This document shows, one piece after another, positions 7,397 to 16,147 of a DNA stretch of 58,651 nt. How positions within the stretch are numbered: position 1 is the first letter of the stretch; every line of letters starts with the position of its first letter. Source of the stretch: an uncultured Candidatus Saccharibacteria bacterium (GTDB lineage Bacteria > Patescibacteriota > Minisyncoccia > Phycocordibacterales > CSBR16-119); contig CAZOLO010000005.1 in NCBI GenBank assembly GCA_964581035.1, forward strand, positions 1 to 58,651. The letters run 5' to 3'. Below the pieces are notes generated by a model that worked only from the letters and a program-made list of their open reading frames with translations, searched no databases and had not been told where the DNA came from. Both the position numbers and the translations under genes were made by a program.

Positions 7397-8188
7397 CTAT
7401 TTTATTTCTAACATAATAGGGCAGTGGTCTGAACCCATAACATCTGGGAGTATTTTCGAGGATTTTACTTTTGATTTTAGTTTCGCTGATACAAAAAAGT
7501 AATCTATACGCCAACCAACATTCCTTTCTCTTGATTTTGCAAAATTACTCCACCAAGTATAGTGACCATTTCCTTGTGTAAACATTCTAAATGTATCAAT
7601 AAAGCCTTTTTCTATTATATTATCAGCACCCTCTCTTTCTTGGTCTGTGAAACCTGCATTCTTTTTGTTATCTTTTGGGCGAGCCAAGTCATCCTCCGTG
7701 TGAGCAACATTGAAGTCCCCGCATACAACAACGGACTTCTTCTTCTCTAAGGTTTTTAAATACTCTAGAAAAGCTGGATCCCAAGAGTCGTGTCGAAAAG
7801 AGAGTCTTTCAAGGTCACGCTTTGAATTTGGTGTATATACATTTACCAAGTAAAAATCTTTATATTCAGCTGTCATTACGCGACCCTCTGTTGTTGTGTC
7901 GCCAAAGCTGTCCTCTAAATTGTACTTCTTGTTTAGCCCATCTCCGAAACCACAAGTTATAGCCAAAGGTTCGCTTTTAGTAAAAATTGCAGTTCCGCTA
8001 TATCCCTTTCTTTCAGCAGAGTTCCAAAACTCTTCGTAGTCAGTAAGATCAACAGGGGATTGATCAGGCTGAGCCTTTGTCTCTTGAAGACAAATAATAT
8101 CTGGCTTGTATTTATTTACAAAAGGCTCAAATAAACCCTTATTGTGCACAGCCCTTATTCCGTTTACGTTCCATGAGACTATCTTCAT
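7397..8188 (-). CDS. xth: Exodeoxyribonuclease III / AP endonuclease
   Basis: MKIVSWNVNGIRA, CLQETK, GDFNVAH, GWRIDY, GSDHCP. Confidence 0.96.
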   Translation of the reverse strand: MKIVSWNVNGIRAVHNKGLFEPFVNKYKPDIICLQETKAQPDQSPVDLTDYEEFWNSAERKGYSGTAIFTKSEPLAITCGFGDGLNKKYNLEDSFGDTTTEGRVMTAEYKDFYLVNVYTPNSKRDLERLSFRHDSWDPAFLEYLKTLEKKKSVVVCGDFNVAHTEDDLARPKDNKKNAGFTDQEREGADNIIEKGFIDTFRMFTQGNGHYTWWSNFAKSRERNVGWRIDYFFVSAKLKSKVKSSKILPDVMGSDHCPIMLEIK

Positions 8189-8272
8189 GTTGGAAATTGT
8201 AACATAGCTTTGTAGTGCTTGACTTTTATATAGTTTCATGTATAATATAAGCAAACTTAAAACAAACTGAAC

Positions 8273-8776
8273 ATGAAAAAGACGATGATGGCCGTAGTGC
8301 TTGTTCTGTTGATAGCTGGACTATTCCTGGCTTTTCTCGTAACAGAATATGGCGACCCAAAGCTTCCAGTATGGGAGAGAGTAAAAAAAGTAGTAGCTGA
8401 ACAGGTTTTTGTAACATCAGATGAATCTGATGAAGAAACTGCTGTGATAGATCCTATCAAAACAAAGAAGGTGGAATCCTCTGGTTCTGATAGCGACAAA
8501 AAACTCGCTTTGGCGCGTGAAACTGTTGTAGTTAGCGTTATAGCCAAAAAGACCTGGCCCAAGGACCGTGTCCACTGGGACAAGTTTAAAGCTAAAACAA
8601 AGAAACCCAAGGTTAAACACCGCAAAGTTTCACTTTCACCAGAAGAAGCTCGTAAAAAGCTTGAGCGAGAAAAGGCCAAAGGCTTATCTCCTGGAGAGGC
8701 CAGAAAAAAGCTGAAAAATGTGATGAAGCGTCTACCAAGAGGTAAATCTCCTGGAGAGGCAGCAAAGAGTCTGTAG
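8273..8776 (+). CDS. Membrane-anchored basic hypothetical protein with three SPxEA(R/A)K repeats
   Basis: N-terminal hydrophobic helix; SPEEARKKL/SPGEARKKL/SPGEAAKSL; terminator hairpin at 8797-8820. Confidence 0.7.
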   Translation: MKKTMMAVVLVLLIAGLFLAFLVTEYGDPKLPVWERVKKVVAEQVFVTSDESDEETAVIDPIKTKKVESSGSDSDKKLALARETVVVSVIAKKTWPKDRVHWDKFKAKTKKPKVKHRKVSLSPEEARKKLEREKAKGLSPGEARKKLKNVMKRLPRGKSPGEAAKSL

Positions 8777-8900
8777 TGTAAACTACATCTAATTTTAAAA
8801 GGGAGCATTTGCTCCCTTTTTTCTATACATGATTAAATCTTGATAATTCTTAATTAATATGTATAATCACGATTAAACAAAGAACCTAAAAATAATTGGT

Positions 8901-10403
8901 ATGAAGAAGAATTTGATATTTCTTTTCCTGGCACTTGTAACTAATCTTAGCTTCGGACAAAACAGAAGCTCTTATAGATCTAGTGAAATTGTCTTTAATG
9001 ATGGGGCTAGGAAGTATCGAAGTATTTCTGAGTCCACAAAAAAATATGAGGAAACAGAGGTTTCTTACAAAAAGAAATCTGTTTCACCCCCTAGTTCACT
9101 TAAGCATTTTGTTTATCCAAAAACAGAAGCAGAGCAAAACAAGATTACAATGATTCCTATAGAAAGAATTAGAACTCCTAAAGAGATCAATGTCTTTAAT
9201 GTTGATGAGCCTGAATTAATCCCAGCAGTTGTTGATGCTATTACTTATGAACAGAGTTCAATAAATGAACGAACATGGGTTATTAGAGTCATTGATTTAA
9301 CAACAGAGATAGGGGAGCTGCGATATGCAATGAGAGAGTCAAAGGGTTCGCCTAAGATGGACTCTAGAGTCTGGGAGATTGCAGACAGTCTACTTAGTGT
9401 AGATAATGGCAGAATTCCTAGTTTGGTAATTCAGGAGATGGAAGCATACGCCAGAGACTACGAGGAGAAAGACATGGAACTTCTGAACATCCCACAAAGG
9501 AAGATTCAGGATGTGGTTGTGGCTTATCGATACCAAGAAACCCTTGATGAATCCAAAAGGTGGGTAGGAAGATGGTGGAATGCTAGACCATATAAAGATG
9601 TGGATCTAAACCCCAGACTTATGGCTCGTCTTAGATTAACCATGGAGGAAGATGGAACTTATGGGTGTTTTCCTCTTAAGACTCCGAGAAGACCTGTGGT
9701 TTACTCACCTTTTGCAGTTAGAAACTCTCAAGGAGCAAAGTATTGCGAGGAAACTGGAACCTTTGAAAGAGGTGGTCATGCTGATATGGATGGTTATAAA
9801 CCAGACAAACATGAAGGCATTGATATTCCTTTTGGAGATGATAAAACACCCCCAATACACGCATGGAGGAGCGGGGTTGTCGTTTACTCTGGGTACAACG
9901 CTTCTAAAAAATGGAGAAATGGAAGATTGGTATCAAGTGGTTATGGAAATATTATCATCATAAGACACACAGAAGCTGACACTACAGATGAAGGGAAGAT
10001 TCTTCCATTGGTATCTGCCTACGCCCACTTATCAAGAAGGGATGTAGAAGTTGGTGATGTTGTAGAGATTTGTGATGTTATAGGTCTTGGAGGTTCATCA
10101 GGTGGTGTACCACCACATCTTCATTTCGAAATTCGTTATGGAGACATGCCTCTTGACCCTGAAGCCTTTCTAAACCTAAGGGAGAAAGATGATAATTCGT
10201 TTAGAAATTATCATATTGGTACGCCATTGTTTGGAATGTCTGGTGGAGATTATGTTATCTTTGCTTTAGGTGACTGCCCAAAGAATAAGTTTGCCTGTGA
10301 CTGGACATATACTACGGCTCCAAGCTTTGCATGCAAAGATGTTGGAAAAGACAAAAGTCCAAAAACTAACGGTATTGTTCTTACTAAATATACAAAACCA
10401 TAG
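8901..10403 (+). CDS. Secreted M23-family metallopeptidase with unknown N-terminal region
   Basis: Signal peptide; HEGID, GYGNIIIIRH, YAHL, HLHFEIR. Confidence 0.85.
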   Translation: MKKNLIFLFLALVTNLSFGQNRSSYRSSEIVFNDGARKYRSISESTKKYEETEVSYKKKSVSPPSSLKHFVYPKTEAEQNKITMIPIERIRTPKEINVFNVDEPELIPAVVDAITYEQSSINERTWVIRVIDLTTEIGELRYAMRESKGSPKMDSRVWEIADSLLSVDNGRIPSLVIQEMEAYARDYEEKDMELLNIPQRKIQDVVVAYRYQETLDESKRWVGRWWNARPYKDVDLNPRLMARLRLTMEEDGTYGCFPLKTPRRPVVYSPFAVRNSQGAKYCEETGTFERGGHADMDGYKPDKHEGIDIPFGDDKTPPIHAWRSGVVVYSGYNASKKWRNGRLVSSGYGNIIIIRHTEADTTDEGKILPLVSAYAHLSRRDVEVGDVVEICDVIGLGGSSGGVPPHLHFEIRYGDMPLDPEAFLNLREKDDNSFRNYHIGTPLFGMSGGDYVIFALGDCPKNKFACDWTYTTAPSFACKDVGKDKSPKTNGIVLTKYTKP

Positions 10404-10453
10404 TACAAAGCCCGACCATTGATGGTCGGGCTTTTTAATATAAACTTAGCATC

Positions 10454-11098
10454 TTATTTTTTCTTTAAAAGAGTAAACAGAAGTACTGTCTGATCTTTTG
10501 CGACAAAAGACTCTTCTTTTACTAGTTCATATGTTGGTCCAAAAGTACTTCTTATTTCATTTTCTTTGAAGAAGTGATATCTGGCTCCATATTTTTCAAA
10601 ATCTGCTGTATCACTATTCTTTGGATGAAAATCCATATATCTCATTGTTTCTTTTGAAAGAGAAACAGATAAATACAATCCACCTCTTTTTAAAACTCTT
10701 CCAACTTCTTTTTTATATAAATCCCAATCCTCTAAATGAATATGATGAAGCAGTCCAGCATCTAAAACTATACCCACAGATTCATCTGTGAGTGGAATAT
10801 CGAAAATATCACCAGCAACAAAAGCCAGTTTCCCAGCAAGACTTTTTGCTTTTACCTCATAGTTGTTTACATCAACAATCTTTTTTATATAATCCATACC
10901 TATTACCTTGTATCCAATCTCAGCAAGAAGAAAAGACAGCAAGCCACGCCCGCATCCAACATCTAAGATTGTAGCCTTGTCTGGGAAGTATGTGATGTAC
11001 TCTAGGAGCTTTGTTTTAAAATCAATCTGCGTCCAGTTATCAGTCCCCGTATTATAAGCAGTTTGAAAATATTCTTTTTGAATTTTATATTCAGCCAT
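10454..11098 (-). CDS. Class I SAM-dependent methyltransferase
   Basis: ILDVGCGRG motif I; RVLKRGG. Confidence 0.88.
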   Translation of the reverse strand: MAEYKIQKEYFQTAYNTGTDNWTQIDFKTKLLEYITYFPDKATILDVGCGRGLLSFLLAEIGYKVIGMDYIKKIVDVNNYEVKAKSLAGKLAFVAGDIFDIPLTDESVGIVLDAGLLHHIHLEDWDLYKKEVGRVLKRGGLYLSVSLSKETMRYMDFHPKNSDTADFEKYGARYHFFKENEIRSTFGPTYELVKEESFVAKDQTVLLFTLLKKK

Positions 11099-11125
11099 AA
11101 ATTAATTGTATCATTAAGTCTTTAT

Positions 11126-12052
11126 TTATTTTCTCTTACCATGAAACTTTTTGTGGACTTCTTTTAGATGTTTATTTGTGACGTGGGTATAGATCTGAGT
11201 AGTAGATATATCTGCGTGACCTAGAAGTTGCTGCACAGCTCGAATGTCCGCACCATTCTCAAGCAGGTCTGTTGCGAAGCAGTGACGAATTACGTGAGGT
11301 GTAACTTTCTTTGTGATACCGGCAAGAGTGGCGTATTTCTTTACTATTCTCTCCACTGATCTTCGATCGAGTCCTTTATTTTCGTCTATCTTATTTTTAT
11401 TCTTAGAAACATTTACAAAAAGCGCATCAGACATATCTTTCCTAACTGAAAAATATTTTCTCAAAGCATCTTTTGCAACAGGGGATAGGAATACAATTCG
11501 AACCTTCCCACCTTTTCCTCGAACAGAGAATTCATCGCGAGAAAGATCAATATCACGAGTAAGCGCACACAACTCAGACACACGGAGCCCCGTAGAAAAA
11601 AGCATTTCTAAAATTGCCTGGTCTCGATATTTTATCTCAGGGTTTTCCTCCTTGCTTGGAGCTTCAAATAGTCTACCCATTTCTTGTGTGGAAATAATAT
11701 CGATCTGTCTTTCTGGAACCTTTGCCAACTCTATCTGATCAGCAGACAGAGTGGTGTGACCATGCTTAGTCATATGTTTCAAAAAAGATCGAATGGCAAT
11801 CATGTAATAATTCTGAGTTTTCTTACTCATTGTCTTACCGGTGGCACGATTGTTTCCTGCAGACTGCCTATTGAGCCAAAGACGAAAAGCTCTAACAACT
11901 GGCTCAGTGATGTCTTTTGGTTTTTTAACACCAGTCTGGTTTAAAAATACAGTGATGTAGTGATCATAATTCTGAATTGTTTTTACAGCACGCCCCTTTT
12001 CTATTTCTAAATATTCTAGGAATTGCCTTTTGAGTGTCTGCAAATCTTTCAT
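11126..12052 (-). CDS. XerC/XerD-type tyrosine recombinase
   Basis: RDQAILEMLFSTGLRVSEL, GKGGKVR, TPHVIRHCFAT, LLGHADISTTQIY; start moved to MKDL. Confidence 0.92.
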   Translation of the reverse strand: MKDLQTLKRQFLEYLEIEKGRAVKTIQNYDHYITVFLNQTGVKKPKDITEPVVRAFRLWLNRQSAGNNRATGKTMSKKTQNYYMIAIRSFLKHMTKHGHTTLSADQIELAKVPERQIDIISTQEMGRLFEAPSKEENPEIKYRDQAILEMLFSTGLRVSELCALTRDIDLSRDEFSVRGKGGKVRIVFLSPVAKDALRKYFSVRKDMSDALFVNVSKNKNKIDENKGLDRRSVERIVKKYATLAGITKKVTPHVIRHCFATDLLENGADIRAVQQLLGHADISTTQIYTHVTNKHLKEVHKKFHGKRK

Positions 12053-12156
12053 GTGTACATTGTCGCACAATACCTCAATAGAGACATGTTGATATTTAAA
12101 CAATTGACATTAGTAATTGTAAGTTGTAATCTAATTTTAAATTTAAAATAAGGAAG

Positions 12157-12675
12157 ATGTACAAACGAACAAGAAGTATCGCCTTAAACCACTCTTTTTG
12201 GGGCTTAATTTTTTCTTTAATAATTGCCCTTATCGGAGTGCTAGCAGACGCGCCACTTTTAGAAAGTGGATCACTAATGGCAAGATCAAATATTGAAGGA
12301 GATTGGGTTACCCTAACTCTTCCGACAATCGAAATTTGGTGGTCAATAGCTTTTATGCCAATTCTTTTCTTTATGTTTTCCTACCTGGTTAACACAATTA
12401 GGTGCAATGGATTAAGAGGGTTAGAGGCATCTATATTTTTCATATGTATTTTAATTGCAATAATCGCTACTATCTACATTGAAAATAATCTTTTCGTTAA
12501 AGGAACATTTGGGGTTCTTGATCTAATATTGCATTCATTATTTTTCTTTATCGGATGCATGATATTACTACTATGCATGGTTAGCATGTTAACTATGATA
12601 GTGGCAATATTTGAAAGACTGATCGGTATCTTGAAGCTTGTCTGGAGATCAAAAGAATTACGTCATGGTGTTTAA
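12157..12675 (+). CDS. Multi-pass membrane hypothetical protein
   Basis: About 4 hydrophobic segments; own TTGACA-17-TAATCT promoter (12104-12132); terminator at ~12682-12712. Confidence 0.65.
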   Translation: MYKRTRSIALNHSFWGLIFSLIIALIGVLADAPLLESGSLMARSNIEGDWVTLTLPTIEIWWSIAFMPILFFMFSYLVNTIRCNGLRGLEASIFFICILIAIIATIYIENNLFVKGTFGVLDLILHSLFFFIGCMILLLCMVSMLTMIVAIFERLIGILKLVWRSKELRHGV

Positions 12676-12720
12676 TACGCTAAAAGAGTCACTACTTTGT
12701 AGTGACTCTTTTTTATTAAT

Positions 12721-14232
12721 TTACTTAAACTTATAGAAGTATCCATCTCTGTTTCCAAGATACATGGCTCCTTTCCAGATCGCTGGAGTAGACTCTATGC
12801 AACCCTCTCCAACTCTTTTGTTCCAAAGAAGTTTTGGTTCTGCTGGGTCAAGCAAGTCGTAAGCTTGAACACCTCCAAGCTGGCAAGTAGCAACAATCAA
12901 GGTGCCGTCTATTACAGAAGGGGAAGACCACTCGTGTGACCCAATGTTCTTCCTCCACACTATCTTTCCATTATCCTTATTAACAACAAGTAGCTCTCCT
13001 AAATGTGTAGGTACATATATATAGTCTTTGTATATTGCTGGTGTCGCCCAGATACCACTTTTCACTTTTGCTGGATCGCTCGGTAATGAGATGTTCCATA
13101 CAACAGGGTCTTTTTTCTTTGGGTTTAGCTTTATTAGCTGACCAATCTCTTCACTTCTATCATTAAATCTTTCTTCTTCCACTGCCACATAGATAGCACC
13201 AGTTCCATCAGTTACCATAGTTGCGTCAATATCATCTCCTGCCCAGAAGTCAAAAACAAGAGGGTCTTTTCCATTCTTAATTTTCTTTATATCAAATCCC
13301 ATAATTCTTCCACCACCATTTGCAATATAAACAACATCGTCTACAACAAGAGGGGAATTTTCTATTGAAAGATTTTCATCAGTAAGGGCTATTAAATCTT
13401 CATTGTAAGAAATGTACTGATAAATGATTTCTGGATTCACAATAACCTTGCCGAATTCATCAAACGACCGATTGATCTCTATAGCGTAGAAAATACCATT
13501 CTCTCCACCTTCATACATAACACCATCTACTATCACAGGGTTACCATCCCAGTCGTTGTTCCAAATACCATCTTTCAATTTTTCAGAGTCTAGCGCCCAA
13601 ATCTCCGTTGGAACTTTTCTATCCAAAGCAATGATTCGAAGTTTGTTGTCACGAGAGCCACCATAAAGAACAGGGAAGCCGTCTGTATCTAAGGTAAATG
13701 AACCCTTAATAATATCTCCAGTTTGGAAGTTGGGTCTAGTATTCTTACCGGTCTCAGCATTTACAAAATGTATCGCACCATCATACGCCCCAAAAATAAC
13801 CTCAGTAATTCCATCTGGACGCTCCCAAACAACGGGTTGACCAGTCCACCCAGAACCACACCAGTAATTTGTTATTTCAAGCGAGGTTGAGTACTTACAC
13901 ATAGGCTCATCAGGGTAGCGCCACTGAACTATCGGAGAGTTTGATATTGGGCCAGTTCCGTAGAAGTTTCTTTCCTTGTTTCCTCGAAACATGGTTAAAC
14001 CAGAGATTTGAGGCTTCTCGTCCACTACTTCAATAACCTCAAGAGGTAGAACCTCTTCTTCCTCTTGTGCATTAATCTCATCCAAATTGTCTAGGGCAAC
14101 AACAGCAGAAGCAACCTCGGAGCTACCCAGGCTCGGAATTAGTGTATTTATAGAGTGAATACCCTCTAAAAAAAACAGAGAAACTCCTAATCCAGTAAAT
14201 ATTGATAGGGATATGTATAAAAAATTACGCAT
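12721..14232 (-). CDS. Membrane-anchored PQQ-like beta-propeller protein
   Basis: TMFRGNKERN; repeated SP/TP-xx-DG and G..VW motifs. Confidence 0.8.
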   Translation of the reverse strand: MRNFLYISLSIFTGLGVSLFFLEGIHSINTLIPSLGSSEVASAVVALDNLDEINAQEEEEVLPLEVIEVVDEKPQISGLTMFRGNKERNFYGTGPISNSPIVQWRYPDEPMCKYSTSLEITNYWCGSGWTGQPVVWERPDGITEVIFGAYDGAIHFVNAETGKNTRPNFQTGDIIKGSFTLDTDGFPVLYGGSRDNKLRIIALDRKVPTEIWALDSEKLKDGIWNNDWDGNPVIVDGVMYEGGENGIFYAIEINRSFDEFGKVIVNPEIIYQYISYNEDLIALTDENLSIENSPLVVDDVVYIANGGGRIMGFDIKKIKNGKDPLVFDFWAGDDIDATMVTDGTGAIYVAVEEERFNDRSEEIGQLIKLNPKKKDPVVWNISLPSDPAKVKSGIWATPAIYKDYIYVPTHLGELLVVNKDNGKIVWRKNIGSHEWSSPSVIDGTLIVATCQLGGVQAYDLLDPAEPKLLWNKRVGEGCIESTPAIWKGAMYLGNRDGYFYKFK

Positions 14233-14489
14233 AATAGTTGTATATTGGGCTCAGTTTATCATAAAAGGCTTATAATCAAAGCTTTTCTATGTTTTAAGGG
14301 CAAAAATGCTTGACATATAAGACTGATTGTGATATTATATAAGAACCTTTTGGTATTTTAAATAAAAATAAGATACGAAATAGAAATTTTGAAATTGCGA
14401 ACATACTGATTTACACAAGTAAAAGACCTGTAAAATAACCAGTATTTAAGCTTGCAATATATAGGTTTCTGTAGTAGTATTGCTCTACG

Positions 14490-14756
14490 ATGTTAAAAAC
14501 AGCTAAAAAACAAAAAGTGATCAAAAAGGCGCAAGTGAACGACAAAGACACAGGTTCTTCATCAGTTCAGGTTGCAATCCTTACTGAGCGAATCAAGGAG
14601 CTAACTGGCCACCTGAAAAAGCACAACAAAGATGTTCACTCACGACGTGGTTTGATCAAAATGGTTGCTAATCGACGAAAACACCTTAAGTATCTTGAGA
14701 AGAATGACTCAAAAGCTTACACAAAGATCGTTGCCGACCTTAAACTTAAAGCATAA
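14490..14756 (+). CDS. rpsO: 30S ribosomal protein S15
   Basis: DTGSSSVQVAILTERI..HNKDVHSRRGL. Confidence 0.98.
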   Translation: MLKTAKKQKVIKKAQVNDKDTGSSSVQVAILTERIKELTGHLKKHNKDVHSRRGLIKMVANRRKHLKYLEKNDSKAYTKIVADLKLKA

Positions 14757-14918
14757 TTTATTTTTTTACATTAAAGGGCGCTACAAAGCGCTTTTTGATT
14801 TGCTACAATATATATAGTAGTTTTTATATATAAATTTAAGTGACAATTTTTAATACAATATATTTATTACCAAAAAGGTATTTACAAACTAAGTACTGAC
14901 CTAGGGTCAGAAAAAACA

Positions 14919-15455
14919 ATGGCTATAACAAAGCACAAAGAACAGCGGGTGGCTGTTTTCATAGATACACAAAATCTATACCACTCAGCAAAAGCACTTT
15001 ATAAGAAAAAAGTAAACTTTGGAAATATTCTAAAGGATGCAGTAGGGGATCGAAAACTAGTTCGAGCTCTAGCATACGTAATTGCAAGTGAAGCAGGGGA
15101 TGAAGAATCATTTTTTGAAGCACTTGGAAAAGTTGGAATCGAAACAAAGGTAAAGGATCTACAAATATTCTCAAGTGGAGCCATGAAGGCTGACTGGGAT
15201 GTAGGGCTTGCCGTAGACGCAATTACAATTGCTCACAAAGTAGACGCCGTGATAATTGTTTCCGGTGATGGAGACTATGTTCCACTAGTGCACTATCTAC
15301 AGATCCATTCTGGGATTCAAGTGGAGGTAGTAAACTTTGGTAAATCTACAAGCGCTTGGCTTCGAGAAGAGGTGAATGACTTCTTCGATCTTTCAGAAGA
15401 TCCAAAACGATACCTTCTTCCAGGAAGACGACCAACAAAGAAAAAGATTAAATAG
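14919..15455 (+). CDS. NYN/LabA (DUF88) PIN-like nuclease
   Basis: VAVFIDTQNL, KADWDVGLAVD, VSGDGDY. Confidence 0.9.
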   Translation: MAITKHKEQRVAVFIDTQNLYHSAKALYKKKVNFGNILKDAVGDRKLVRALAYVIASEAGDEESFFEALGKVGIETKVKDLQIFSSGAMKADWDVGLAVDAITIAHKVDAVIIVSGDGDYVPLVHYLQIHSGIQVEVVNFGKSTSAWLREEVNDFFDLSEDPKRYLLPGRRPTKKKIK

Positions 15456-15461
15456 GAAATT

Positions 15462-15494
15462 AAAAAGCCGCGCACCAAAGGTGCGCGGCTTTTT
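15462..15494. terminator. Bidirectional terminator
   Basis: AAAAAGCCGCGCACC-AAA-GGTGCGCGGCTTTTT. Confidence 0.8.
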
Positions 15495-15510
15495 CATTGC
15501 TAGGCTAAAG

Positions 15511-15969
15511 CTATCCAACCTCAGCTACACCTCCTTTTTCAGAAGGGTCTAGTTTTGTATTTTTCTCCTTTTTCAAGCCTTGTGATCTCCAATAATAAAT
15601 ACTCATTAGACCGACTGCATTTCCAAATATTGGAGCATAAACTACCCACTCTGTTAAACCAAAAACATTTGAGTAAATAAATATCTGCAAAACTAAGCTT
15701 ATAAATATATAGATGTTTCTGATGTCTTTTGTTGAGACTGGAAATAGATCCAGAACAATGTTTAAGGTCAAAGCAAAAAAAATGATCATGGACAAGCCTG
15801 CTGCAAGACTAGACTCCCAAGACAACACACTCAATGTTACGCCCCATATTACTCCAAAAAACAAGAGTTGAATCAGGCTTAATAACATCGGAGAGAGTTT
15901 ATCCGCAACAGCCTTTTGACACAATGATGTAGTTACTGATGTGAGAACAAAAATAATTAAAATTTTCAT
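15511..15969 (-). CDS. Multi-pass membrane hypothetical protein
   Basis: About 5 hydrophobic segments; own TTGACA-17-TAATGT promoter (from 16025). Confidence 0.65.
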   Translation of the reverse strand: MKILIIFVLTSVTTSLCQKAVADKLSPMLLSLIQLLFFGVIWGVTLSVLSWESSLAAGLSMIIFFALTLNIVLDLFPVSTKDIRNIYIFISLVLQIFIYSNVFGLTEWVVYAPIFGNAVGLMSIYYWRSQGLKKEKNTKLDPSEKGGVAEVG

Positions 15970-16076
15970 GTTTACATATTTAATTAATGTTTATCTCACA
16001 TTAACAGCGAACTGTGCTTTGTCAAGATTTATGAATTAGCATATTTTGTTAAAGTAAAAATATTAGTAATTAATTA

Positions 16077-16139
16077 TAGATAGTTTCCAGACGGGTAGCG
16101 TTGCTCAAAAGAACAACTCTAAGGTCTGAAAATTATCTA
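16077..16139 (+). promoter_or_regulatory. Long stem-loop in the pnp leader
   Basis: TAGATAGTTTCCAGAC / GTCTGAAAATTATCTA, 15 of 16 positions paired, ending 8 nt before the ATG. Confidence 0.5.
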
Positions 16140-16147
16140 AGAATAAT

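Noticed and set aside
11126-12052. Tyrosine recombinase as a prophage/ICE integrase
   Set aside because: Xer-like size and motifs, core-type leaderless promoter, no att repeats or phage genes nearby
14233-14489. S15 autoregulatory leader or sRNA upstream of rpsO
   Set aside because: A promoter-like TTGACA is present, but I could not identify a convincing structure
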